From Calditrichia bacterium (lineage in GTDB: Bacteria > Calditrichota > Calditrichia > JAJRVZ01), in contig CAVZSQ010000022.1 in assembly GCA_963777955.1 (NCBI GenBank), positions 384,001 through 448,000 on the forward strand: a stretch of DNA of 64,000 nucleotides, read 5' to 3'. The notes under the pieces are model-generated. The model made no database searches. It saw only the letters and a program-made list of their open reading frames with translations, and had not been told where the DNA came from. A program made the position numbers and the translations under genes. The first letter of the stretch is position 1; every line of letters begins with the position of its first letter. Positions 22,340-32,860 of the stretch are shown piece after piece.

Positions 22340-24997
22340 TTACCAGTTTAACCAGTAATTCAGTTTCACCATGAAAATATTATCAGGATTGACCTGGCGC
22401 AAATCTTCCAGCGATTGTTCAAACCTGAAACGACCGCTTTCCGTTTCGATACTGCGGCTCTGGGTCCAGACCAGGTAGAAAGTCGAGCCGGGCAAATATT
22501 CCCAGCGCAGGACGGCATTGGCCCTTAATGAATTATAATTGAAATCCGGGTCGGAAAATTCCAAGGTTCCGGCAGGACCGCTTCCGTCGGGATCTACCGT
22601 ATAAGTACCATCATTCAGGTCGATGGTTGATCCGTTTTGACCGTAATGATTAAAGTCATAACTTTTTTTTCTGGCCAGTTCTTTAAAATCGTGAAAATCA
22701 CCAGCCGAAATCAGTGGTTGCATATAAAGTTGAAAACTCAGTTGCGGAGTAAAGGTCCAGTTCAGACGCAAACCCGCGGCAAATTCAGTCTGATGCATAG
22801 TAGCAAAGACATAGCGCTGGTCATAGGTAGAGGAATAGGGATCGCTGAATCTATCAATCCATTGGGTATACATCTTATTCCACATCATACTCGGTTCGAA
22901 GGATAGTAATACATTACTTAGCGGTTTCCATTCAAACTCCAGTTCAATCTCTCTTTGATTATCTTCTGCCCAGCGGGTATACATAAAAGAATGGATTTCA
23001 AAAACCAGAGGTTTGCGGTCATCGCTGCGCATAAAAAAGTCTAATTCCCAGGCCGCAGGATTTAAAGTCAGGGGTCCGCCGCGGGTCCGGCGGTTATTGA
23101 TGGTCACGGGATTATAAGCAAGATCCATTTCCATATAGTAATAATTACTGAAAGTAATGGAAGCGACCGAGAACGCTCCGGTCCAGGTGATGTTGTAATC
23201 GAAATCGGTACTCCCGAACAGGGCGCCGATGATCTGGACCTCCCGGTAAAACCAGGCCGGTTTGGTCCATTTATAACCGTAACCGATATGAGCGTTGATC
23301 ACATCGCTGCGTCCCTGATAGCCCAGATCATTGACATCGAATTTTGGATCGATGAATCCCACGGCCGAGTTGAATATTGCATTTCCTTTTTGCTTGTTGA
23401 CGGTTAAGCGCCCGGCATAACCGGTCAGCGAAGTCAGGGAACTGTCGACTTTGAGATTGCGCGCATCAGGACGCTGAAGATAATGCACAGAATTCTCCTG
23501 CAGGTCGATCATGCGCTGTTCATTCCCGCGCAAATGGCTCAGACCCAGCCAGCCGGTGACTACCCAGGTTCTGGCTGTATCTAAAAAGGTCCAGCCGTCG
23601 GTTCCGAAAGTAAGAGCGGACTTATTAATTTCATCAGCAAGCACATCTTCTTTAAAAAAACGATTACTCAGCGAAGAAATAAAACCGATTCCTCTGAGGC
23701 CCTTCTGGATCTCTTTTTGCGCCCGCAGGATACCGTAATAAGTAAGCGGTTCGATCTCGGAGTCAAATTTTTTCCCGCTTAATTTGATACCAGCGTATTC
23801 ACGGCTGGTCAAGGCCTGCACGGTGCCCACGTTCCAATTGTTCCCTACCTTCCCGCTTAATTTCGCTGCAGCGATGATCCGTGTACCTTCCGGCAGGTCC
23901 ACATAATCACTGTCGTCATCCATATCCGGAAGACTGCCCTGCGGGGTGCGGCCGATTCGCCGGGAATAAAAGAAATCGGGATTACTCCAATTGAAACTCC
24001 AGTAATTGGTTGCCCCGCCCTGACCGAAATTGAAAATAGAAGCACCTTCCAGAAAGAATGGCCGCTTCTCCTCGAATGTAGTTTCCACATCACTCAGGTT
24101 GACTACTGCCGGGTCCACCTCCACCTGTCCAAAATCAGGATTGATCGTACAATCCAGAGTCAGATTACTGCTTAAACCTATTTTTAAATCAGTGCCCAGT
24201 GCCGGAATATAACGTGAACCATCATTAAACGGATTAGCGGCATCGACGTTAAGATATTCAGCTTTGGCCCGTACATAGGGGAGTATTTCAACATTTGCCG
24301 GTGGATTGACATTGCTGATACCCACCAGGATTGGAAAACGCGAAGCAAAACCGCTGCCATTTTTAGGTGTAAAGACTAAATAATCGTCTTCATTTTTACG
24401 TTTGGTTCGGCGGCCAAAATTAATTCCCCAGGTATATGAATCTTTTTTTTGAAAGCGAAGCTGCGAATATGGTATCCGAAACTCGGTCGTCCACCCTTCC
24501 TGATCGATTTTCGCCCTTCCTGCCCACACGCCGTCCCAGGAGTAATCTTCCCAGCCATCATTGAGCATGACACCATCCATCAGCGAACTGGCCGGCGAAA
24601 TCATGAAGATATAACCGCTGCGTCTGTCTAAATATGGATCGATCCATACGGCAAATAAATCTGACTCATCTTCGTCATCTCTGCGTCCCAGCCGGGCCAC
24701 AATCGAATCAGGCCGGCTGTCGTACATCCGCGCACCTATATACAATGCCTGTTCGTCATATAAAACATAAACCACCGTTTTTTGCGAAGGCGCCGCATTC
24801 TCCTGCGGCTCTCTTTGTGTAAAATTTGAAATACTCTCGGTTAGCTGCCACGATGTCTCCGTGAGTGCCCCATCTATAATAATCTTTTCATTAGTCCGGG
24901 TAGCTTTAATTGAATCCTGATTGGTATAAAAAGTATTGGTAAAGGCCTGTGATATCAGTGTCAGTATAAAGATAGTTGCTGGAACAATTCGCTGCAT
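22340..24997 (-). CDS. DUF5916 / CBM9-like domain outer-membrane protein
   Basis: Signal peptide, IDG.L.E..W, EFRIPYSQLRF, NPDFGQVEVD, EKRPFF, FYSRRIG; aromatic C-terminus. Confidence 0.85.
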   Translation of the reverse strand: MQRIVPATIFILTLISQAFTNTFYTNQDSIKATRTNEKIIIDGALTETSWQLTESISNFTQREPQENAAPSQKTVVYVLYDEQALYIGARMYDSRPDSIVARLGRRDDEDESDLFAVWIDPYLDRRSGYIFMISPASSLMDGVMLNDGWEDYSWDGVWAGRAKIDQEGWTTEFRIPYSQLRFQKKDSYTWGINFGRRTKRKNEDDYLVFTPKNGSGFASRFPILVGISNVNPPANVEILPYVRAKAEYLNVDAANPFNDGSRYIPALGTDLKIGLSSNLTLDCTINPDFGQVEVDPAVVNLSDVETTFEEKRPFFLEGASIFNFGQGGATNYWSFNWSNPDFFYSRRIGRTPQGSLPDMDDDSDYVDLPEGTRIIAAAKLSGKVGNNWNVGTVQALTSREYAGIKLSGKKFDSEIEPLTYYGILRAQKEIQKGLRGIGFISSLSNRFFKEDVLADEINKSALTFGTDGWTFLDTARTWVVTGWLGLSHLRGNEQRMIDLQENSVHYLQRPDARNLKVDSSLTSLTGYAGRLTVNKQKGNAIFNSAVGFIDPKFDVNDLGYQGRSDVINAHIGYGYKWTKPAWFYREVQIIGALFGSTDFDYNITWTGAFSVASITFSNYYYMEMDLAYNPVTINNRRTRGGPLTLNPAAWELDFFMRSDDRKPLVFEIHSFMYTRWAEDNQREIELEFEWKPLSNVLLSFEPSMMWNKMYTQWIDRFSDPYSSTYDQRYVFATMHQTEFAAGLRLNWTFTPQLSFQLYMQPLISAGDFHDFKELARKKSYDFNHYGQNGSTIDLNDGTYTVDPDGSGPAGTLEFSDPDFNYNSLRANAVLRWEYLPGSTFYLVWTQSRSIETESGRFRFEQSLEDLRQVNPDNIFMVKLNYWLNW

Positions 24998-25372
24998 AAG
25001 TTACCTCATCAGATGCAAAACGTGTAAGAAACGGAAATATATCAATAAGATAATGACGAAAAAAATAGAAATTTGTTTTATTTTCAGGTGAATTTCTAAT
25101 ATTCTTTCAGAGTTATCGGCATGGTTCAACCCCGATCCCGGTCTTTATTATTGCTTGACAGACCATATATTTAATTTTTGGGAGCTGTGAATTATTGACA
25201 TCATCAACTGTAAAAAATCAGCACTATTTTAATCTAAATTTATATTGACTAAATTAGGTCAACAAACCACAGGCAACGATTCAAGAATTAAGGAATATAA
25301 GCGTACTCATATTACCTGAAAATTAATTAAATTATTCATCCGTCCGGTTAAAATTATACGAAAGTTGTACCA

Positions 25373-26038
25373 ATGTCAGAATTGACCATTGAAAATCAGA
25401 TCTTAAAAATTAATGAAATATTTTACAGTATACAGGGAGAGTCGACACAGGCCGGCCGCCCATGTGTTTTTGTGCGCCTGAGTCATTGTAATCTGCGCTG
25501 CAGTTATTGCGATACAACTTATGCCTTTTTTGATGGCCGGGATATGACCATTGCTGCTATCCTGCAGCAGGTAAAATCGTTTGATTGCCCTCTGGTAGAG
25601 ATTACCGGCGGCGAACCGCTGCTGCAAAAAGGTGTGCATCATTTGCTCAAATTGCTTTGTGATCAGCATTATGAAGTACTACTGGAAACGGCGGGGCATA
25701 TGGATATTCAGCAGGTAGATCAGCGGGTTAGAATCATCATGGATTTAAAGTGCCCCGGCAGCGGTGAATCTGAGAAGATACTATGGCCGAATCTAAATTA
25801 TTTAAAACCGCAGGATGAAATAAAGTTTGTGATCTGTGACCACAGTGATTTTGATTGGGCTATTCATACGATCCGGGACAAGGATTTAGCCACAAGGTGC
25901 AGTTTATTAATTTCACCGGTTTTCGGGCGGGTGGATTTAACGCAATTATCCGGCTGGATACTGCAAGCGAAACTTCCGTTGCGCCTGCAATTGCAGTTGC
26001 ATAAATTCATCTGGGGTGCGGATAAAACAGGAGTGTAA
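25373..26038 (+). CDS. queE: 7-carboxy-7-deazaguanine synthase (radical SAM)
   Basis: EIFYSIQGE, CNLRCSYCDT, TGGEPL and QLHK motifs. Confidence 0.95.
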   Translation: MSELTIENQILKINEIFYSIQGESTQAGRPCVFVRLSHCNLRCSYCDTTYAFFDGRDMTIAAILQQVKSFDCPLVEITGGEPLLQKGVHHLLKLLCDQHYEVLLETAGHMDIQQVDQRVRIIMDLKCPGSGESEKILWPNLNYLKPQDEIKFVICDHSDFDWAIHTIRDKDLATRCSLLISPVFGRVDLTQLSGWILQAKLPLRLQLQLHKFIWGADKTGV

Positions 26039-26039
26039 A

Positions 26040-26399
26040 ATGGCAGCAATAGAAGTTTTCGAAAATAAATATCCCGGCCGGGATTACTGGATAACCCATA
26101 CCAATCATGAATACACCTCTATCTGTCCCAAAACAGGATTACCCGATTTCGGCAAGATAACTATCAAATATATTCCTGATAAACTGTGTCTGGAACTGAA
26201 AGCGTTGAAATATTATTTTCTGGAATTCCGCAATCAGGGTATTTTTTATGAAACTGTGATCAATCAGATACTGGATGATCTGGTCAAAGCCTGCCAGCCG
26301 CGGTATATGGAAGTGAGCGGTGATTTCAGTATCCGTGGCGGTCTGGGCTCCAGGGTCCAGGCGGTTTATGATCCCTCCGGCCGGGGGGTGGCCAGGTGA
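26040..26399 (+). CDS. queF: preQ0 reductase (unimodular)
   Basis: TSICPKTGLPDFG, ELKALKYY and RGG motifs. Confidence 0.93.
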   Translation: MAAIEVFENKYPGRDYWITHTNHEYTSICPKTGLPDFGKITIKYIPDKLCLELKALKYYFLEFRNQGIFYETVINQILDDLVKACQPRYMEVSGDFSIRGGLGSRVQAVYDPSGRGVAR

Positions 26400-27082
26400 A
26401 AAAAAATCTGGCGGTGGTACTGGTATCGGGGGGGATGGACAGTTGTGTCACGGCTGCCCTGGCTGCTCAAAAATATAATCTGGCATTTCTGCACCTGAAT
26501 TACGGGCAGCGTACCGAACGACGGGAATTGCGTTCCTTTCGCGAGATCGCCGCTTTTTATCAGGTTCATAAACAACTGGTGGTCGATGTCTCCCATTTTG
26601 CCCTGATCGGCGGATCGAGTTTGACCGATCGGCAGATCCCGGTGCAGCAGGCCGATTTGCAGAACACTGCAATACCCAGCAGTTATGTACCCTTCCGTAA
26701 TGCCAACCTGCTGGCAGTTGCCGTCAGTTGGGCTGAAGTTATCGGGGCTGGCAGAATATTTTTCGGCGCGGTTGAAGAAGATTCTTCCGGTTATCCGGAC
26801 TGCCGTGAACAGTTTTTCAAAGCATTCAACCGGGTCATCAGGGTGGGCACCAACACCAGGTCCGCTATCAAAATAATTACTCCCTTACTTCATTATTCCA
26901 AGAAACAAATCGTCGAAACAGCCGGCAAGTTAAAAGCTCCGCTGCAACTTACCTGGTCGTGCTATCAGGATGAGGATGATGCCTGTGGGGTCTGTGACAG
27001 TTGCGCTTTGCGCCTGCGCGGATTTCAGCAGGCCGGGGTGGAGGATCCATTGCCGTATAAGCAGAGGCCGGTGTATATTTAA
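26396..27082 (+). CDS. queC: 7-cyano-7-deazaguanine synthase
   Basis: SGGMDS, YGQR, YVPFRN, YPDCR and SCY...CGVCDSC motifs. Confidence 0.97.
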   Translation: MKKNLAVVLVSGGMDSCVTAALAAQKYNLAFLHLNYGQRTERRELRSFREIAAFYQVHKQLVVDVSHFALIGGSSLTDRQIPVQQADLQNTAIPSSYVPFRNANLLAVAVSWAEVIGAGRIFFGAVEEDSSGYPDCREQFFKAFNRVIRVGTNTRSAIKIITPLLHYSKKQIVETAGKLKAPLQLTWSCYQDEDDACGVCDSCALRLRGFQQAGVEDPLPYKQRPVYI

Positions 27083-27122
27083 GGCACTTAGGCACTTAGG
27101 CACTAAGGCACTAGATAGGCAC
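27082..27122 (+). repeat. AGGCACTW 8-mer tandem array (left arm)
   Basis: AGGCACTT AGGCACTT AGGCACTA AGGCACTA gat AGGCAC, directly after the queC stop. Confidence 0.9.
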
Positions 27123-27214
27123 ATAATAGTACAACATATAATGTACTGAAATTTTAGGTTTATAAAAATATTGGTATGATTGTTGTATTATCAGTTCCAT
27201 GGATAAGATTAATA

Positions 27215-27406
27215 AAGGATTATATTCGATTTCTCAATATTGCCATGGGATCGATATATAAATTACAAACCCAACTTGAAATATGATTGAATTTAAGTTT
27301 TATTTCTAAATCGAACTATGAGTCTAATTATAAAAAAATCCGGGAAATTGAAATCATATTAAGATCATTAATAACCAAAATTCACCAATCAAACTCAATT
27401 ACTTAA
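27215..27406 (+). pseudogene. C-terminal remnant of a four-helix-bundle (IVS/TIGR02436-type) protein gene
   Basis: Manual translation KDYIRFLNIAMGSIYKLQTQLEI*LNLSFISKSNYESNYKKIREIEIILRSLITKI; in-frame TGA at 27284; N-terminal half not recognisable. Confidence 0.75.
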
Positions 27407-27430
27407 CTTAGTGTTTCAGAGTTCTGTCTC

Positions 27431-27462
27431 TAGTGCCTAAGTGCCATAGTGCCTCAGTGCCT
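27431..27462 (-). repeat. AGGCACTN 8-mer tandem array, inverted (right arm)
   Basis: TAGTGCCT AAGTGCCA TAGTGCCT CAGTGCCT is the reverse complement of the left-arm units. Confidence 0.9.
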
Positions 27463-27472
27463 TTGTACTTTG

Positions 27473-30400
27473 TTAACTCACCAACTCCTGCAACTTGTCA
27501 ATCCGGTAACCGGCTTCCTGAACTTTGTCCAGCAGAAAATGAACTGTTTCGTACCAGTCGGTTATTTTCTGATCCAGGGTCAGCAGATCGGTTTCGCCCC
27601 GGGAAACCAGATTGGCAATAGCGCAGGTATAAAAAGCAGCGACTAATTCCTCAAAGCATTCCTTGTTAAAATATAAAATATCCTGGTAGCGGTTTATGTG
27701 CAGGAAATCACGTATCTCCTGATACTGGAACAGAGTCTCCACAGCTACCGGTAAATTTTGTTCTGTTTTCTCCAGCCAGAAGGGAATAGCGATCAAGGTC
27801 TTGATTAACCGCAGCCTGTGTTCTACCTCCTGTTCGTCAAGACTGACTTCGCTCAATGATTGTATGATCGGTTTGTACAGCAGAAATTCCTCCAGCCAGG
27901 AGAGGCTGATGATCTCGCGATAATTCTCATCATGCAGGCGGCCCAGATCATAAACACTCAGCCAGATTATCAATGTCGAGAGTTGCGGGGATTTATCCTG
28001 TAAGAATTTCAAGGCAGCATTTTCGGTGATGCCTAAAAACTCGTCGATCTTCTGAATATGCAGCAGATACTGAAATTTCCCGGTCAAGTCATCTTTTAAA
28101 ACCTGTTCATCACCTGAGGAACCGCTGTAATTCTTGATCTCCTTTAAAAATAAGCCCAGGTTGGTTTCAAATTTTTTTGTTAATTGCTGCCAGCCCGGTT
28201 CTTCGATTTCGACTTCGCATTCCTTCAGAAAATCTGAGGCGATCAACTCACGAAAAACATTATGTACCGGCGAGAGGAACGTTTCTTTCAGGGCCAGTTC
28301 AATATTTGGAACACCGCGTCCGTTAAGATAGCCATTAAGCTGGCCATAATGATTATAAATGTTATCTTCAATCTGCCGGAAATCTAAAAATACATGGTAT
28401 TTGAATCCATCCAGTTCGGCATACAATCCCTGCTCGCCCAATTGGCGGTTGTTGCGGATGTACTCGAGCCCGTTGATCTGATCACGGAAAATTGTATAGA
28501 AACGGTCGTGATTAATCAGATCGAGTCCTTCCAGCAGATTAACCTGAACAAAATTACCATTGACTTTTCTGGAAGTGGCACAGGAGTATTTAATCCAGCC
28601 GCAGACGCGGTCATATTTATTATTATAGAGCACCAGAGCCCGTTGTTCTCCGGCCCGGTTGGAAAGGGCATAGACATTCTCGTTTACACTGCCGTCGTTA
28701 CTGTAAAAGTCGTACAACACAAAGTTCTGTACTTCACTGAATAAATAACGCTTCTTCAGAACCGGGAAGATCTCACGCTCATGGCGTTCGGTCAGATAAT
28801 AATCTTCCTGTTCATTCCAGTAAGCGCGTTTATATTCCATGCCGTATTTTTCAGCGAATCCTTCCACCTGGCCGTGCCCGAACATGGGCAGACCGGGCAA
28901 AGTGATCATCAGGATACAGGTACCAAAATATTTATCCCCTTTGCCAAACTGGGTCACCGCTGTTTCTTCATCGGGATTGTTCATGAAATTGACATAACGT
29001 TTCATAATTTCCGGATTGAAGTCCATCACGTTTTTAATGGACTGGCGGTATTTCTGATTCTCTTCATTCTTCAGCATATTCATAAAGGCGCTGTTGTAAA
29101 CGCGGTGCATGCCCAGAGTGCGGACAAAATATCCTTCCATCATCCAGAACGCCTCAGCCAGTAACAGTGTATCGGGTACTTCTGCCGCTACCCGGTCCAC
29201 CACCTGGCGCCAGAATTCATCCGGCATTAATTCGTTGAACAGTTCCCGGGTCATGGAAAATTCAGCGCGCGAAGGAATATCCCCGCCGCTGCCGGGTTGG
29301 GGAAACCACAGGCGCTGGAAATGTCGCTTGGTCAGGGTCATGGCCGCATCGAGCCGGATGATCGGGAATTGACGCGCCACATGCAGGATGGTTTGAATTA
29401 CCGCTTCGCGAACTTCGGCTTTCAGATAATTTAACTGGGCGGTGTCATTCCAGGGCATGCTGGTACCGTCATTGCCATGATAGATGTAGCGGGTTTCTCC
29501 GCTCTGCTGATCGACGCGTTTAAATAGCACAGCTGCGTCAGTGCGGTTCCAATAACCATCCTCGATATAGAGCCCGACACGGTCGTCCTGAGAAAGATTA
29601 GGACCGTTAAAAGAATATTTGGGATAGATGGGATAATTGGTCTGGACATACCAGTCGGGGTGCTCGACAACCCATTTGGAATAAATACCGGTATGATTGG
29701 GCACCATATCACTGGCCATGCGGATACCGCGCTGCCAGGCACGGTGTCTTAAGTCACGCAAGGCGCCGTCTCCGCCAAGGTCGTTGGCAACGATATAATC
29801 ATAAAGGGAATAAGCCGAGCTTACAGCTTCCGGGTTGCCGCAGATTTGTTTGATTTTCTGGGATGCAGGGCTTCTTTCCCAGATGCCGATCAGCCATAAT
29901 GAGTTAAAGCCCCGGCGGGCCAGCAGGTCCAGCTCCTGATCGGGGATTTCATTCAATTTAGTGATGGAGCGCTGGTATTTTTTTGAAAGCTGATCCAGCC
30001 AGACATACACACTTTTAGCGAGCGTCACCACTTTAGGCATCCAGTCCAGATCAGCGCTGAAGCGTTCATATTCATCTTCCAGGGAGAGTAATTTCCAGTA
30101 ATCGGCCAGCAGGGTCGGACCTGCCCCGGCCGACACGGCTTTTTCCTCCTCTTTGATCATATCCAGGCTGCCGAACAGTTTGAGAATGAATTTGGATAAA
30201 ATAGCACCCCAGTGCCTGAGTATAAATTCCAATTGGGCTGTGAGCGAATGAGGAAACCGGACTGCCGGGGTGCGCAGCATTTCAAACAGCGATTGGTTCT
30301 CCGGTCCAAAGAAATCCTGCTCTTTAAAAAAATCATCCAGTGCTTTTATAAGCAGGTGGTAGGGTGTTTCCTTGTTAAGGGTGGTATCATTGAATAATTC

Positions 30401-30940
30401 TCTGAACGGACCGAAGGCCGGATTGGCATTGGAGAGGTACAGCAACAGCAACTCCTCCAGTACGGCTTCCCGGTTGGAAATGCCGCTGGTTCTGTCCTGC
30501 AGGTAATCCGCAGCCGTTATCTGATTTTTATAAACGGCCACCGGCGGGAAGTCGGTAACAAATTGTAACAGGGTTCGATCCAGTTCCTGCCGGCCGATCT
30601 TGTCCTGCAGCCAGTCCAGCGCTGTACTGAATATGTCAGCCTGTCGTTGTTCTTTATAAAGCCCGGCAACATAGTGCAGAATTTCATCAATCAGACCCAT
30701 GGCGTTCAATTGTCCTGCTTTGACAGCCTGTTCCGGAAATGAAATCAGATCGCGTTTGCGGTTCATCTTGTCGGCAAAAACCCGCACCATGAAGAAATTC
30801 ATAAAGATGACATTACCGCTCCGGGCAAAAAGAACATCATCAAACTGGTAAAAATCCCTGACCTGTTTGGCAATGTGAAATTCGAAGACGAAATTATTCC
30901 TGGAGCGATTGAATTCGGCTAAACCGGATTTTGTTTTCAT
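27473..30940 (-). CDS. large alpha-amylase family (GH13) glycoside hydrolase
   Basis: DMVPNH, RLDAA (nucleophile), AEAFW and NNPDE motifs; long N- and C-terminal extensions. Confidence 0.9.
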   Translation of the reverse strand: MKTKSGLAEFNRSRNNFVFEFHIAKQVRDFYQFDDVLFARSGNVIFMNFFMVRVFADKMNRKRDLISFPEQAVKAGQLNAMGLIDEILHYVAGLYKEQRQADIFSTALDWLQDKIGRQELDRTLLQFVTDFPPVAVYKNQITAADYLQDRTSGISNREAVLEELLLLYLSNANPAFGPFRELFNDTTLNKETPYHLLIKALDDFFKEQDFFGPENQSLFEMLRTPAVRFPHSLTAQLEFILRHWGAILSKFILKLFGSLDMIKEEEKAVSAGAGPTLLADYWKLLSLEDEYERFSADLDWMPKVVTLAKSVYVWLDQLSKKYQRSITKLNEIPDQELDLLARRGFNSLWLIGIWERSPASQKIKQICGNPEAVSSAYSLYDYIVANDLGGDGALRDLRHRAWQRGIRMASDMVPNHTGIYSKWVVEHPDWYVQTNYPIYPKYSFNGPNLSQDDRVGLYIEDGYWNRTDAAVLFKRVDQQSGETRYIYHGNDGTSMPWNDTAQLNYLKAEVREAVIQTILHVARQFPIIRLDAAMTLTKRHFQRLWFPQPGSGGDIPSRAEFSMTRELFNELMPDEFWRQVVDRVAAEVPDTLLLAEAFWMMEGYFVRTLGMHRVYNSAFMNMLKNEENQKYRQSIKNVMDFNPEIMKRYVNFMNNPDEETAVTQFGKGDKYFGTCILMITLPGLPMFGHGQVEGFAEKYGMEYKRAYWNEQEDYYLTERHEREIFPVLKKRYLFSEVQNFVLYDFYSNDGSVNENVYALSNRAGEQRALVLYNNKYDRVCGWIKYSCATSRKVNGNFVQVNLLEGLDLINHDRFYTIFRDQINGLEYIRNNRQLGEQGLYAELDGFKYHVFLDFRQIEDNIYNHYGQLNGYLNGRGVPNIELALKETFLSPVHNVFRELIASDFLKECEVEIEEPGWQQLTKKFETNLGLFLKEIKNYSGSSGDEQVLKDDLTGKFQYLLHIQKIDEFLGITENAALKFLQDKSPQLSTLIIWLSVYDLGRLHDENYREIISLSWLEEFLLYKPIIQSLSEVSLDEQEVEHRLRLIKTLIAIPFWLEKTEQNLPVAVETLFQYQEIRDFLHINRYQDILYFNKECFEELVAAFYTCAIANLVSRGETDLLTLDQKITDWYETVHFLLDKVQEAGYRIDKLQELVS

Positions 30941-30966
30941 GGGTATTGTTGGTTTAATATTAATGA

Positions 30967-31419
30967 TTATTCATCCAGCAGTTCTTTCATACGTTTATTG
31001 TCTTCCACTCCGCGCTCATCGACTTTCTGATAGGTGCTGCCATAACCGCGATCCTGGCGCAGTTGATTTAATTTATTCTTTTGCAAATACAGTTCGGCCA
31101 GTTTATCCGCGGTCAGGCCGGCGATCTGGCATTTGCTGACCCAGAAATGCAATTCATCGATCAATTCAATAGCGATATTCTGCCAGTCGACAGCGGCGGG
31201 ATCTTTCCACCATTTCCACGGAACGGAATCTTCCAATTCGATTGATTCGTGGATCTGGGCGCGGTTATAATTCAACAGCCATTCAACACGCTTTTTTTCC
31301 AGCTGGGCATCGGAACGACTGTGGTCGCAGAGTTGATCATAGTCCTGTTGATGCCGCTCTTTAAGAATGCGCCGGTTTAATTCGTATTGTTTTTCAAAAA
31401 TGGTTTTTAAAATATCCAT
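30967..31419 (-). CDS. dimeric all-alpha dUTPase
   Basis: Q..LN, ESIELEDSVPWKWWK, ELIDELHF and Y..KN..N..RQ..GY motifs. Confidence 0.88.
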   Translation of the reverse strand: MDILKTIFEKQYELNRRILKERHQQDYDQLCDHSRSDAQLEKKRVEWLLNYNRAQIHESIELEDSVPWKWWKDPAAVDWQNIAIELIDELHFWVSKCQIAGLTADKLAELYLQKNKLNQLRQDRGYGSTYQKVDERGVEDNKRMKELLDE

Positions 31420-31430
31420 TCTTCCTCCGC

Positions 31431-32855
31431 TTATTTTCCGCTCGGACCGGTTTTGATAAACACGTACTGAGTAATCTGCTCCCGCTGTATGAAAACCTGA
31501 ATATAATCCGGCTGCTGCTGTTTTAATTTTTGTACGATCTCCCGGAAATCAGCGAGACTTTTTATTTTGAGATCATCGATACTCAGGATCAGATCATCGA
31601 CTTCCAGACCGGCCAGACTCGCTGCTCCTGCTTCTTCCACCCGGGAGACCCACACTCCTTCGGTATCAAAATCAAGATTGTTATTTATAAACAGATCCTG
31701 GGTCAATTCTTTTACCCTTAAACCAAGATTTTCATCAAAAAATTCGTCGGCTAAATAGCGGCTCTTGGGGGTACTTTCCAGTTGCACTTTTACGCTCATC
31801 GGCTGGTGATCACGAATTATCTGCAGGTTCACTTCACCCTCCGGTAAACTGCGGATATAATGCCGGCCAGCCTCAATTACTTTTTTGTCATCACTTTTAA
31901 TCTGAAAATCGCCGATAGCAGTGATGATATCACCCAGGCGCAATTTCGCTTTTTCTGCCGGGGAAAGGGGAACAATTGAACTTACGATTACACCGTGGAT
32001 ATCGGGCAGGTTCCAGTAATCAGCCATATCCTTGGTCAAGACCTGCATCTGGATACCCAGCCAGCTTTTTCCGCCGCCTTCCTTCTGAGTGACCAGTTGC
32101 GGAGGATTTTCGATCAATGGGATAAAATAACGTGCAGGTAATATTTCGGCTATTTCATTTTCAACCAGCAAATCGGCACTTTCAAAATTTTCGTCAATTC
32201 TGGTGGAAAAACTGCTGCGGGAGATGATTCCGATTGCCCGGCCTTTTTTGTCAATGACCAATCCGCCCGGAGACAGAGGATTCACAGTTATTCCGCTTAA
32301 CAATTTTTGCTGGGAATGGTCAAGAATGCCGTTAATGAAGCCGGGTGAAATAAAGATTTCATTATCATACCGGCCGTCGAGATGCTGGATGAGGTACAGC
32401 GGATCGCCTGGTCCATATGGTTGCCCGGCCGTAAAAGTGATCGGTGCCGGTAATGCTGTTAATTCGTCAACCTGGATAAAGGCCAGACGCAATTCTTCAT
32501 CCTTGCCGACGAAGTGTGCTTTTATTTTTTTCTCCCGGCTGAATGATACGGTGATATCTTCAGGCGGTTTTTGCAGATTGCTAAAGGTATTGTTACCAGC
32601 GACAATATCCAGATTCACCGGGTAAATCATATCGGAAGTTATAACCAGGCCGCTGCTGCCGACCAGGATACCGGTGATTTTGTGCTTGAGCCGTGCTTCG
32701 TCCTTGATATCCCTGTACTCTGACTGTGCTTGAAAATATTCAACCAGGCAGATGCTTTGCTTGAGTTTATTTATATTATCTGGCCACTGGGCCTGCAGGA
32801 CCGGGTTAGCCAGAAGCAGGGAGCAATAAATTAAGGTGCGGTGGAAAAGTGACAT
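31431..32855 (-). CDS. HtrA-like protein with two PDZ domains and a degenerate protease triad
   Basis: TGILV...VITSDM where TNNHV is expected; PLSPGG where GNSGG is expected; WLGI and LGLRV PDZ domains. Confidence 0.85.
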   Translation of the reverse strand: MSLFHRTLIYCSLLLANPVLQAQWPDNINKLKQSICLVEYFQAQSEYRDIKDEARLKHKITGILVGSSGLVITSDMIYPVNLDIVAGNNTFSNLQKPPEDITVSFSREKKIKAHFVGKDEELRLAFIQVDELTALPAPITFTAGQPYGPGDPLYLIQHLDGRYDNEIFISPGFINGILDHSQQKLLSGITVNPLSPGGLVIDKKGRAIGIISRSSFSTRIDENFESADLLVENEIAEILPARYFIPLIENPPQLVTQKEGGGKSWLGIQMQVLTKDMADYWNLPDIHGVIVSSIVPLSPAEKAKLRLGDIITAIGDFQIKSDDKKVIEAGRHYIRSLPEGEVNLQIIRDHQPMSVKVQLESTPKSRYLADEFFDENLGLRVKELTQDLFINNNLDFDTEGVWVSRVEEAGAASLAGLEVDDLILSIDDLKIKSLADFREIVQKLKQQQPDYIQVFIQREQITQYVFIKTGPSGK

Positions 32856-32860
32856 TCCTG

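Noticed and set aside
25110..25160. preQ1 riboswitch upstream of queE (ATCGG-CATGGTTCAACC-CCGAT hairpin)
   Set aside because: No P1 closure around GGTTC, no A-rich tail, and it lies more than 200 bp from the start codon.
25373..27082. queE-queF-queC as a 7-deazaguanine DNA-modification (dpd) defence island
   Set aside because: No dpdA/TGT-like, helicase or nuclease gene is adjacent, and queF points to the ordinary tRNA queuosine pathway.
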